Shown here: piece by piece, positions 13,766 through 26,596 of the stretch
How positions within the stretch are numbered: position 1 is the first letter of the stretch
How the letters are laid out: each line of letters opens with the position of its first letter
Source: Eledone cirrhosa
Taxonomy: Eukaryota
Direction: 5' to 3'
DNA: 64,000 nucleotides
NCBI GenBank assembly: GCA_964016885.1
Contig: OZ024758.1
Location: 19,840,001-19,904,000 of the forward strand
Position numbers and translations under genes: made by a program
Notes under the pieces: generated by a model
The model's database searches: none
Told to the model about the DNA's origin: nothing
The model's input: the letters and a program-made list of their open reading frames with translations, nothing else

Positions 13766-14144
13766 ATATATAAACAACTATCTGGTTGTGGAACCAACCA
13801 ACCAACCAGAAATTTATAAGTTTGTGGATTTGTAAATTTATAAATTTATAAATATATAATAAATTGAAGTGAAAGCAGCTGGTGCGTGTGTTTCTTATTG
13901 GCAACATGACCCTCCCAAAGTATAACAATATATATAGAGAGATATTTATATATATATTTATAGATATTTATATACATATTTATATATATTTATATATACT
14001 TATATATATTTATATATATTTATATATATTCATTTATATATTTATATATATATTTATATATATTTATATATATATTTTTATATATATTTATATATATATA
14101 TTTATATATATATTTATATTTCTATATTTATATATATATATATA

Positions 14145-14195
<51 letters not shown>

Positions 14196-15245
14196 TACAC
14201 TTATGGGTTTGCTGTAGGTGATTTATACATACATATTTCCATATATATCTAGACAGAAAAAGAGAGACTTACCGATACCTATATATAAATACGAGCGAGA
14301 GAGAGATTTGAACGCAAGAAACAGATAGATATAAACAGATGCAGATAAATTATTATTTGAGCGTGTATCATATCATTCCATTTAAGTATCTTCCATTTTA
14401 AAGAAATAAAAAATAAATTTAGTGCACAGTTTGATAGCAATGTATGTTGATTTCAGTTATCATTAATAAGCATCATGACATATTTTACAAATACGATTTC
14501 TATTGCCTTACATATATTTTTTATTTCTGTGTGAATACTGTGTAATCTTAATTTGCTATCTAAATAATTGAGAGAAACAGTGGTTGGGGAAGAGATAATT
14601 AATATGAAAACGTATTAATAATTTAAAACTTGTAATTCGTGTGTCAACTGAAATTAATTATGAAATTCTTTCATACGTTTGAACATATCTTAAACGTCCA
14701 CAGTCTTCGCATTTTCAACATTGGCAAATGTAAATACTGGTTAGCATGTATTAAAATATTAAAATACGTAACAGACATATAAAATATGAATTTGTTTATA
14801 ATTAAATATGCTTAATTGTTCGTCAATATCTTCTTAAATAATTTGAGCATGTGGAATCCAGCATACTTTTTTGTTATTATTAATTTTATTCATACGAGGT
14901 TTTGATAGTGGCTAGCCATAACTTTCGATTTAGTAGAGAAATGCTTTGTGTCGTTTAGCTACACGTGTTGGTGAAGATACTCTTATGGAATGAAAATAAG
15001 TGGAATATCTTTCAACGTAGTCACAGGACAGAAACACTGTGATGGCTAACAAATATCAGGCAACAGTACTGAGATTATTTATCACAACCTTATAGACTAG
15101 AAGTAACAGGTTACGTTCAAGAATCCACTGGTAACGCAAAAATCAGTTAGATCCTTATCGTGTACTCACAAAGACACATAGAAACACATACACACACATG
15201 GGTGTGAACGTGTGTGTGTTTATATGCGTGTGCGTATGTCTGAAT

Positions 15246-15950
<705 letters not shown>

Positions 15951-16019
15951 CTATAAGGATAAGGAACTTGGATCAGTGTTGCATAATAACTTATTACACG
16001 TTTCCAAAACATTTTAAAT

Positions 16020-16099
16020 AATTGTTTCTACGTTAGGCACAAGGCCAGCAATTACCCAGTGCATTACTGGTACTTTATTTTATCGACCCCGTAAGGATT
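16020..16099 (-). mobile_element. SINE 3' fragment
   Basis: TTAGGCACAAGGCCAGCAATTACCCAGTGCATTACTGGTACTTTATTTTATCGACCCCGTAAGGAT. Confidence 0.8.
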
Positions 16100-16621
16100 G
16101 CATTTAATCGCTGAATAGACGTGTATTTCGTCGTTCCTCGTTTTGATCAGAACAAATTACTACAGAGCTGTGATAATTGCATATATGTTATGTAATATGC
16201 TTTGCTAGTTATATATATTTTAGAAATGTGTTGAAAAGATATACGCACGAATGAAAAGGAAAGAGATTGGGTGTGTTGTTTCATTTAGAATCGGGAAGAA
16301 CGATGGGGGGATATTTATAATGGTGTTAGGGGAATTTTGAAAGGAGTCTATTTATCATTCCTCATCTATATTTATTTCTGAATAAAGGAAACATGAATGG
16401 AATTTTGCTGTATATATATTGAGTATAGGAAAAGTTGTATTCTCAGTTGATTATTCTCTGTGTTAGCGCGAAGTACCTGAATCGTCCTTGTTTCTTATAA
16501 TCGTCAAATTCCTGGGCTTCTAACCTGATATATAATTGGAAATGTGGACGATGAGATACTTATTGTACAATTTATGTACAACAGTGTTTCAGAACATTTA
16601 GTCTTCTACCACTCTCTCTCT

Positions 16622-16661
<40 letters not shown>

Positions 16662-18344
16662 CAAATATAATTTCAGCGAGATCGAATTTCGGCAGTGGTC
16701 AAAAACTAAGCGAAACGATATTATAGAGATATGCGGCAAACGCTCAATGGTCTAAAAGAAGACCAGAGCAATAAACATAGGTTATAGAGGCCAAACAAAC
16801 TGAAAACGGCGGTCATGAAGCTATCGGCCACCGAAGCCAAAAAAACGAAGCAAGCTAAACATATCTCAAATGCTCCAGAACGTAACACTTCATCTGTCCC
16901 CCATTAGGCAATAAATAATGATCTATCTATGGGAACAACCAATTAACATACATCTGTCAGCAAAGCTATGCATGTGCAACCATACACACACACCTACATA
17001 CAGATACACAGGCGTGTACATGCAGACACACAGGTGCATACGCACAAAAAAGTACACGGATACATACGTACACCACGAAATAAAAGGAAAATCCTGAATA
17101 TAAAGACGATCTTTCAAGATTGGAAATTTCCGCCAAAAGCATTTTTAGAAGTATATGTCTATTAAATATTCCAGAAACTTCTTCTTTGACAATTGCAGCA
17201 TGACTCCCCAAAGGACCCCTTTAAATCAGGTTTATATCTATATTTGTGTCTTTTATTTATATATTTTGATTCTACTATACATGTTTCTTTAATAAACCCA
17301 TCACAGTGATGCCGTAGCTAAATACACATACTCACAATGACATACGTACGCACCACACACACACACCCGCATACACACACACACTCACAAACACACACAT
17401 ACAAACACATATATACGAAACATAAGAAGAGAAATCCACCACATTTCTACAAAAAAACAGCTACCAGCAAAATCAATTTTTTTTCGTGACGGAAAAAAAT
17501 CAAACAATATTTTATATGAATATTATCTACCTTAGCTTTATTTATTTGTATATTCAATTGAATTTCAATTCTTTTATATACCACGTTTTGGCTATTTTCA
17601 TTCATTTTCCGTTATACGGAACATGTATTTATATACAATCCCGAAAATAATCTAGATAGTTTGCGTCAGTCAAACCCCACCTAAATACATGCAAACACAC
17701 TCAATACTGAATACTAAAATAGTACGTGGGTCTTTATCATCTGTAGAAAAAGAAAAGGATTTTTGAAATTAAAGTAACATAATTTTCTAGTAAATCAAGT
17801 GTATTCTGCCCTATCAAACCCACCATCCACACACTAACACCCTATCTTACAAAGAATATATATGACATTTTGACGGTCCAAAATATATTATATATGTAGA
17901 GTGAGGGAGAGAGATCATTTAACTCATTATTATGCATGGATTAATATGACCTCATTTATATGCACCAGATATTTCACCCGCATTAATAATCTCAACGCTT
18001 GATTCTTTGTAATGAGGGAATTGAAGGGGAACAATTATAATCTCCAATCCTATTAAACCTTCTAATACAGACCAATAGATGAAGGTATGCCTGCATGGTA
18101 ATGCTGATGATATACTATATTGAAGGGTATAATGGTGTGAACGATTGCTAGGTTGACCAGAAACATGTAATTTACTAAATATTCACTTCAGCTATTCACT
18201 TCACGGAAAGAACTCAGCCAAACCATATAACATTGTTCATAATCCCAGAATACACAAGGTAGTAAAAAGTATACTGGAAATAAGAGGATGCCGAAAATTG
18301 ATTGCAAGCAGGTTAAAGTTCATTGATATTTTAACCTTTTATAT

Positions 18345-18533
18345 GGGCAGTGGATTGGTAGTATCGGTAGAGGGCCGGACGCCATGTTTGCAGCATTGAG
18401 TTTCGGCTCTTTACAGTTTGAGTCCAAATCTCGCCAAGCTTCATTTACCTTTCATCCTTACGAGGTCGATAAAATAAAGTACCAGTAATGTACTGGTATA
18501 ATTGCTGGCCTTGGGCTAAAATGTAGAAATAAT
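18345..18533 (+). mobile_element. tRNA-derived SINE copy
   Basis: Homologous to 521-708. Confidence 0.8.
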
Positions 18534-18608
18534 TATATATATTGTCACAATAAGGCGCCTGTTCACAAATTATATAAATGTAGTTGTATATGAGAAATGT
18601 TATTCATG

Positions 18609-18652
<44 letters not shown>

Positions 18653-18656
<4 letters not shown>

Positions 18657-18812
18657 CTGCTCTGTAGAACAACTGGTGTTATTACATTGAGCTATTTATC
18701 TTACTGGTAATAAGGTAGTATTAAATTACTGACCTTCACTGTTTAGAGTTTAAAATATATATAACTATAAAAAGTTTTAGTATATACATAACCATAAATA
18801 GTATCCTTAATA
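18653..18812. repeat. Second copy of the unclassified repeat at 3226-3390
   Basis: Direct sequence match. Confidence 0.75.
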
Positions 18813-20034
18813 TTATATATATATATATTTATTAAAATAACAGATACAAGTTTAAGCAAAGAATCGCTGTTTTCACCCCTAACGGGATCTTCTGAAACTC
18901 TTATATATATATATATATAATATGTAGACTGCCCACACAATATAAAATTCTACTTATAACTAGAAAACTTTACTCATAAAATATATAATGATATATTATA
19001 TACTTTGGAGAAAAAAGTTAGAAAATGTATTTCTACTTCATAGATATTACAGGTCATCGAGCAATATATAGATACGCGAGTTGTAAAGTACAAAATCTCG
19101 ACAATATCAACATTTCACATGCTCAAGTATTATGAAATCTAGCAAGAAATATTTTGTAGATAAATTTTTTTATTTATATTTCTATGACGGATAATGTATA
19201 ATCGATTATGTTATTTTAAGATAATGATATCGTTAAAGCAAATATTTTTTTATATATCTAGATACTCAATTCAAAATATATATCAAGAGTTACAATGAGG
19301 TCATTTCGGACGTCATGCCTTCTTCAACAATTTATTTTCTTTTGCATGGTTAGCAAGTAATTATCGAATTTTAGCACAGACTGTTTTGAATTGCTTTCAA
19401 GTTTCTTTACTAAACGAAGCAGATGTTTCGTTTCTTTATGGGTTCTCATTACAATTTAAATTGTAATTGGCTCTACGTCTAGGATTTACCACATTCAGTT
19501 TCATTAAGCTCTAATGTGATTTTTTCATGTTTTATTCCGCTGTATATGGGACTGTAGCAGAAGTAAAATTGGAGACATGAAAATAGTGTATTTCGATAAA
19601 TTTCACACTGAATTGATAGAAACCCGATGGGGCTTAGAGTAGACAAGAAGAGAAAAGTACAAATAAATATTTTGGAATTTAATCATAAAAAGAGTGCGAA
19701 CAGAAAGAGTGTTGACTCGTCCAGCAACTTGAAGAAATATGACGGTGCGTAAATACCCTAGGAAGGGGGGAAAATAGGCAAGGACAGAAGGAGGCGGGAG
19801 TGGTAAGATGGAAAGAAAGAGAATATATGAGGGCGACAGTCTGGTAACATGTGTTAATTCCATAGACATAGTTAGTATGAGACAGTGTTTTAATGCACGG
19901 ATGCGTGGTCGTGACTAGTCGTCTGGGAGATAGGATTATATGTTTTGATACATGTCACAATATTGCTTGTTCTGAAAGATTTGAATGTTTATATTGACTC
20001 TAACTCTTCCGATTCAGGGATATTCTAAAATCGA

Positions 20035-20098
<64 letters not shown>

Positions 20099-20380
20099 TG
20101 ATAATAAAAATGTAACAATACAAGGATGCATTGTTAAGCCTTCATTACTTGTTTTGATTAGTGGCGCACATTTCGCTATTGATCCGCTCAAGGTTTGACT
20201 TGTATCGATCTGGACCGATTCTGGAATGAAAGGCTCGTCGGCCTTCTGCTGTTGTAATTGCAGAATGACCTGATGAATAGCGAAACTTGCATCACTAATC
20301 AATACACGTAATGATGGCTTAACAAATAGTCCACTGACTTTAGCTCTACGCCACGCCAATCATGCGAACCTCACCATAGA

Positions 20381-20418
<38 letters not shown>

Positions 20419-20789
20419 CGAATAAGGTGGAGGTGTTACATAGGAGCTTTATTGCTCAACTCGGTTGCAAATGTTTCTCAAGAAGACGGCTCACGTTCTG
20501 GGAGGGGGCAGGCCAGACTAGACTCCACGTCAGCCTGTTCCTGAGAACACTGTCAGCACAACAAAAAATGATATCAAATCAGTAGACGAACCAGCCAGGC
20601 AAAAACAAGCATACATTTATATATACATCTCAACTGTCTATGGCTTCCATAATTTAAGTAGCTTGTTACACTGCTGAGAAAATATTTATGGTAAAATACT
20701 TTAGATCTGTAAATATTAGAGAGCGGTAATTCTCCTTTCTCTAGTCTACTGAAATTGTTAACACCACACACACACACGTACACACACAC

Positions 20790-20865
<76 letters not shown>

Positions 20866-20868
<3 letters not shown>

Positions 20869-21745
20869 AGGAAGTTATAGTTCACTTGAAGCATTGTGCA
20901 ATGAGGTATAAACGTTTTTATATGTATAATAAAGCCAAAACAATGCAGGTATGGACATAGAATAAAGAATGCAAATGCAAAAGATATTGTTGACACTTAG
21001 TCTTTTACCTTAGAATTATTTAAATGTCCTTAATTTTCGAGATAATATCTCTTCTTCGGAGGGAAGTAAAGCGGTTAAACCAGTGTTCTAAATAGCTTGC
21101 CAAGTCATGCTGACAGGAAATGGTATAGAGTATCTGTTCTATCTCTAATATCAAAGAGTTAAGGTTAGGTGGATAAAGAGTAGTCACACTTTAAAAGGGT
21201 GTTGTTTTTTTTGTTTTTTTTTGGGGGGGTGTACATGCCTATTTAACAACACAGACCTATGTACATGCCTGTTTAACGACACATACCTATGCCACCAGGC
21301 TTACGTCGTATACAGACTAGAGTGCGACAGATGAAGCAATTTATACGTAGGTAGCACCACCAGACCACTCCACACAAGAATAAAAGAACACCTCAATACT
21401 AACGCTTCCTCATTTATGAAAAACACTTAGTTAAATTCAAAAAGACCGACAAAACCATAACAGTTAGGATAGAAACTAAGAAAAGAAACCTCGGCAATCT
21501 TAGAATTAAGGAAGCACTAATTATAGACAAAACACAACCACCAATCAATAATAGACTAGAACTCAACACCCAATGTATAACTTGATAGAGCATCTAGCAC
21601 CATATGTGCACCCCCCTCCTTCACACACACACACGCACACACACGCACGCACACACGCACACACACACACACACACACACACCCACACACACACACACAC
21701 ACACATACACACACACACACACACACACATACACACACACACACA

Positions 21746-21800
<55 letters not shown>

Positions 21801-22264
21801 GCGCGTACACCTCCACTTATTCTCTCTTACACACACACACATACACACACAAATACCAGTCAGTTCTAACACGAGATAACATCTATCCCCCACATTTACG
21901 TATAGACATACCTTCTCACACTCACACACACATACTACACCTTCATGCATTCCCACACACACTTAAACAGGCATGTACAAAAAAACCAAAAAAAAACCTT
22001 TAAAGGGTGACTACTCTTTTTCCACCTAACCTTAACGCTTTGATATTAGAGATAGAACACATACTCTATACCATTTCCTCTCAGCATGACTTGGCAAGCT
22101 ATTTAGAACACTGGTTTAACCGCTTTACTTCCCTCCGAAGAAGAGATATTATCTCGAAAATTAAGGACATTTAAAGACTAATTGTCAACAATATCTTTTG
22201 CATTTGCATTCTTTATTCTATGTCCATACCTGCATTGTTTTAGCTTTATTATACATATACAAAC

Positions 22265-22270
<6 letters not shown>
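20866..22270 (+). mobile_element. 5'-truncated Penelope-like element with an inverted terminal repeat at its 5' end
   Basis: 20906-21246 is the reverse complement of 21963-22270. Between them are a GIY-YIG remnant and a (CA)n/(CACG)n tract. The repeat carries an HHR-like motif, cct-CCGAAGA-agagatattatctc-GAAA-at-TA-agg (~22132-22165). Confidence 0.8.
21290..21585 (+). pseudogene. GIY-YIG endonuclease domain remnant of a PLE
   Basis: CHQAYVVYRLECDR*SNLYVGSTTRPLHTRIKEHLN...(frameshift ~21420)...KHLVKFKKTDKTITVRIETKKRNLGNLRIKEALIIDKTQPPINNRLE: VVY/YVG motifs plus conserved R, E and N. Confidence 0.8.
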
Positions 22271-22295
<25 letters not shown>

Positions 22296-22298
<3 letters not shown>

Positions 22299-22838
22299 CG
22301 TTTCTGAATTTGTTTAGCAAGATTCTTTATCTGAAAAGGTGTGTTGAAACCGATATTGTTATACATTGGGAGTGTCGTGTTGCCAATAAGAAACACACGC
22401 AGCAATTGCTTTAACTCCAATTTATTATGAATTAAATTTATAAATTTCCGGTTGGTTGTTGGGTTCCACACCCGGACGGTTGTTCATATACTGTCGAAGT
22501 TCGTTCGTCACACATGGTGACCTCTTCAGCGACTGGGGATTCTTCTCTTTGTTTTGTGCCTCTCTTCTGTTCTGTCCTACGCCATCTTGTTTGCGTAGGC
22601 CAGAACAAAGAAGTGGCACAAAACAAAGAGAAGAATCCCCAGTCGCTGAAGAGGTCACGTAATGTGTGACGAAATAACTTTGACAATATATGAACAATCG
22701 TCCGGGTGTGGAACCTACCAACCAACCGGAAATTTATATATTCTTAAATTTATAAATTTAATTTTTTATAAATGGGAGTGAAAGCAACTGGTACGTGTGT
22801 TTCTTATTGGCAACATGACCATCCTAAAGTATAACAAT
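22296..22838. mobile_element. Fold-back element family B, copy 2 (arms ~240 bp) with the same one-sided tail
   Basis: 22355-22590 is inverted against 22600-22838; ends ATTGTTATAC...GTATAACAAT. HHR motif gtcg-CTGAAGA-ggtcac...gtgac-GAAA-taac-TT-tgac at 22642-22684, with a mirror in the left arm. Confidence 0.85.
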
Positions 22839-23353
22839 ATATATATATTTATGTATATGTATTTATATAAGTATATGAGAAGCGTGTATGAAAACCTCTA
22901 TATATGTCTATGAATGTATGAATATTTGTGTGTGTAAATATGCCAGTTATGCGATTGAAAAGTATTCTTAGATTGTGTTTATCCAGGTTTCATCTCATAA
23001 TATTTGACGTCACTTTCTCGATAAATATAAGCGTTAAATTTGAGTTTTATCGATCTGTGTTTGTGTAGCATATTACTAATTCTGTTTATTTCATGACACA
23101 CGTCATTACTAATTCGATTATAAGATCATTTTAAAATAAAATTAAACAACAAACATATTTTAAATGAGAAGCTCCAAATAATTCGTAAACTGTGATGACA
23201 TTAGTCAGTATTATTTGCGGAGTGAGGTAGATTATTAGATTTATTTCATTCATATCGAAACGGCTTGTGCTGCCATTAGAACAAATATACAGCCCCCTAA
23301 TTTGCAAAACCCACATAGGTGATTTACTGAACCATACAATATCGATCTCAATT

Positions 23354-23474
23354 TATATAATAAAGAGAGACAAAGAGATATATACATATATGCGTTCAAA
23401 TCACAAGGGAAGGGGGTTAAACGTGATTTGAAAGCATATATGTATATTTCTGTGATTGTCTCTCTTTATTATAT
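23354..23474. repeat. Small inverted repeat with ~45-bp arms
   Basis: TATAATAAAGAGAGACAA...ATACATATATGC.TTCAAATCAC / GTGATTTGAA.GCATATATGTAT...TTGTCTCTCTTTATTATA. Confidence 0.75.
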
Positions 23475-23611
23475 TATAAGGCTCGGAAAGTGTTTTGCTT
23501 GAGCTATTTTAATTATAAGTGACTATTGTGAGTTTATAAATTAATATATACTTTTGATCTCAATTTATATGAATTTATAAAATATAAGTATCTATATTAT
23601 AATTGATATTA

Positions 23612-23798
23612 CTTGTTTCTGCTTTAGGCACAAGACCAGCAATTACCCAGTGCATTACTGGTACTTTAATTTATCGACCCCGTGAGGATGAAAGGCAAAG
23701 CCAACCTCGGCGGGATTTGAACTCAGATCGTAAAGGGACGTTACTATGCTTGAAAGCATGGCGTCCGACCCTCTACCGATTGATAATACTGCTTGCCA
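23612..23798 (-). mobile_element. tRNA-derived SINE copy, near full length
   Basis: Reverse complement of the 521-708 family. Confidence 0.85.
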
Positions 23799-24129
23799 TT
23801 CAGAATCGTTGTGGAAATATCTAAATCGCAGGGACGCGCGGATTGTGTTAAAAACTATCATTTGATTTGTCTTAGATGAGTTTTTTATAGTATAGATAGA
23901 CGTACAGAATTAAAAATATTTTCTCAACGTGACGGGTGTCAGACGTATTAAAATCTAGCTTTAACAGTTTATCAAATGTAAGAGGAATATGTTGTTTTAT
24001 TTCTGAGTAGATATTTGATATTACGGGGCTAGCATATTGTGCTAAATATTTAAGTTTCCAGACTTGTGGCACACACCGAGATTCATCACTCTTCTTATTT
24101 ACTTACATATAGGTGAACGGACCGATAAA

Positions 24130-24208
24130 ATACATATATATATATATATATACATATACTGAATATGTAATATATATATATATATACATATACTGAGTAT
24201 GTAATATA

Positions 24209-24244
<36 letters not shown>

Positions 24245-24341
24245 AGTATGTATACGTACATATTAACTTATATATATATGTATATATATATACTTATACT
24301 GAATAATTAATATATATATATGTATACATATACTGAATATG

Positions 24342-24375
<34 letters not shown>

Positions 24376-24456
24376 TATACTGAATATGTAATATGTATAT
24401 GTATATATATAGATATATATATACATGTATATATATGTATAATATATATATATAAT

Positions 24457-24488
<32 letters not shown>

Positions 24489-24759
24489 CTATATATATAT
24501 AAATATATATATATGTATATATGTATGTGTATATGTATATATGTATATGTATATATGTATATGTATATATGTATATATATATATGTATATATGTATATAT
24601 ATATATATGTATATATATATATGTATATATGTATATGTATATATATATATGTATATATGTATATATGTATATGTATATATATATATGTATATATGTATAT
24701 GTATATATATATATGTATATATGTATATATGTATATATGTATATGTATATATATATATG

Positions 24760-24854
<95 letters not shown>

Positions 24855-24885
24855 GTATATATATATATATGTATATATATATATG

Positions 24886-24952
<67 letters not shown>

Positions 24953-25085
24953 GTATATATATATACGTATATATATATGTATATATATATATATGTATAT
25001 ATATATGTATATGTATATATATATGTATATATATATATGTATATATATATGTATATATATATATGTATATATATATGTATATATA

Positions 25086-25123
<38 letters not shown>

Positions 25124-25130
25124 GTATATA

Positions 25131-25163
<33 letters not shown>

Positions 25164-25188
25164 ATATATATATGTATATATATATATG

Positions 25189-25219
<31 letters not shown>

Positions 25220-25234
25220 GTATATATATATAAG

Positions 25235-25285
<51 letters not shown>

Positions 25286-25452
25286 GTATATATATATATG
25301 TATATATATATATATGTATATATATATATGTATATATATATATGTATATATATATATATGTATATATATATGTATATATATATATATGTATATATATATA
25401 TGTATATATATATATGTATATATATATATGTATATATATATATGTATATATA

Positions 25453-25497
<45 letters not shown>

Positions 25498-25566
25498 GTA
25501 TATATATATATGTATATATATATATGTATATATATAAATGTATATATATATATGTATATGTATATG

Positions 25567-25631
<65 letters not shown>

Positions 25632-25646
25632 GTATATATATATATG

Positions 25647-25691
<45 letters not shown>

Positions 25692-26324
25692 GTGTATATA
25701 TGTATATTTATATATATATGTATATATATATATGTATATATATATATGTATATATATATATGTATATATATATATGTATATATGTATATATGTATATATG
25801 TATATTTATATATATATGTATATATATATATGTATATATGTATATTTATATATATATGGATATATATATATGTATATGTATATATGTATATATGTATATT
25901 TATATATATATGTATATATGTATATTTATATATATATGTATATATATATATGTATATATATATATGTGTATATATATATATGTATATATATATATGTATA
26001 TATATATGTATATATATATGTATATATATATATGTATATATATGTATATATATATATATGTGTATATATATATATGTATATATATATATGTATATATATA
26101 TGTATATATATATGTATATATATATATGTATATATATGTATATATATATATATGTGTATATATATATATGTATATATATATATGTATATATATATGTATA
26201 TATATATGTATATATATATATGTATATATATGTATATATATATGTATATATATATGTATATATATATATATGTATATATATATGTATATATATATGTATA
26301 TATATATATATGTATATATATATG

Positions 26325-26355
<31 letters not shown>

Positions 26356-26432
26356 GTATATATATATGTATATATATATGTATATATATATATATGTATA
26401 TATATATGTATATATATATGTATATATATATG

Positions 26433-26483
<51 letters not shown>

Positions 26484-26596
26484 ATATATGTATATATATA
26501 TGTATATATATATATATGTATATATATATATGTATATATATATGTATATATGTATATATATGTATATATATATGTATATATATATATATGTATATA
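24130..26596. repeat. (TA)n/(TATG)n tract of ~2.4 kb
   Basis: Direct observation; abuts the LINE 3' end. Confidence 0.97.

Larger units (their letters stand above)
13329..13929. mobile_element. Fold-back element family B: ~260-bp near-perfect inverted arms, ~10-nt loop at 13649-13658, and a one-sided tail at 13329-13386
   Basis: 13387-13648 is the reverse complement of 13659-13920; each arm carries an HHR motif; flanked by (TA)n on both sides. Confidence 0.9.

Noticed and set aside
13387-13929. Ginger/MITE or solo LTR interpretation based on TGT...ACA ends
   Set aside because: Not excluded but disfavoured: variable centres, a one-sided tail, single-arm copies and HHR motifs fit PLE terminal repeats better.
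18855-18902. Minus-strand CAGAAGA-tcccgttagggt-GAAA HHR-like motif
   Set aside because: The core is mutated and there is no UH cleavage triplet in register; too degenerate to call.
20265-20295. CTGATGA-atagc-GAAA as a hammerhead
   Set aside because: No room for stem II and no convincing stem I; AATAGCGAAA instead pairs with TTTCGCTATT at ~20171.
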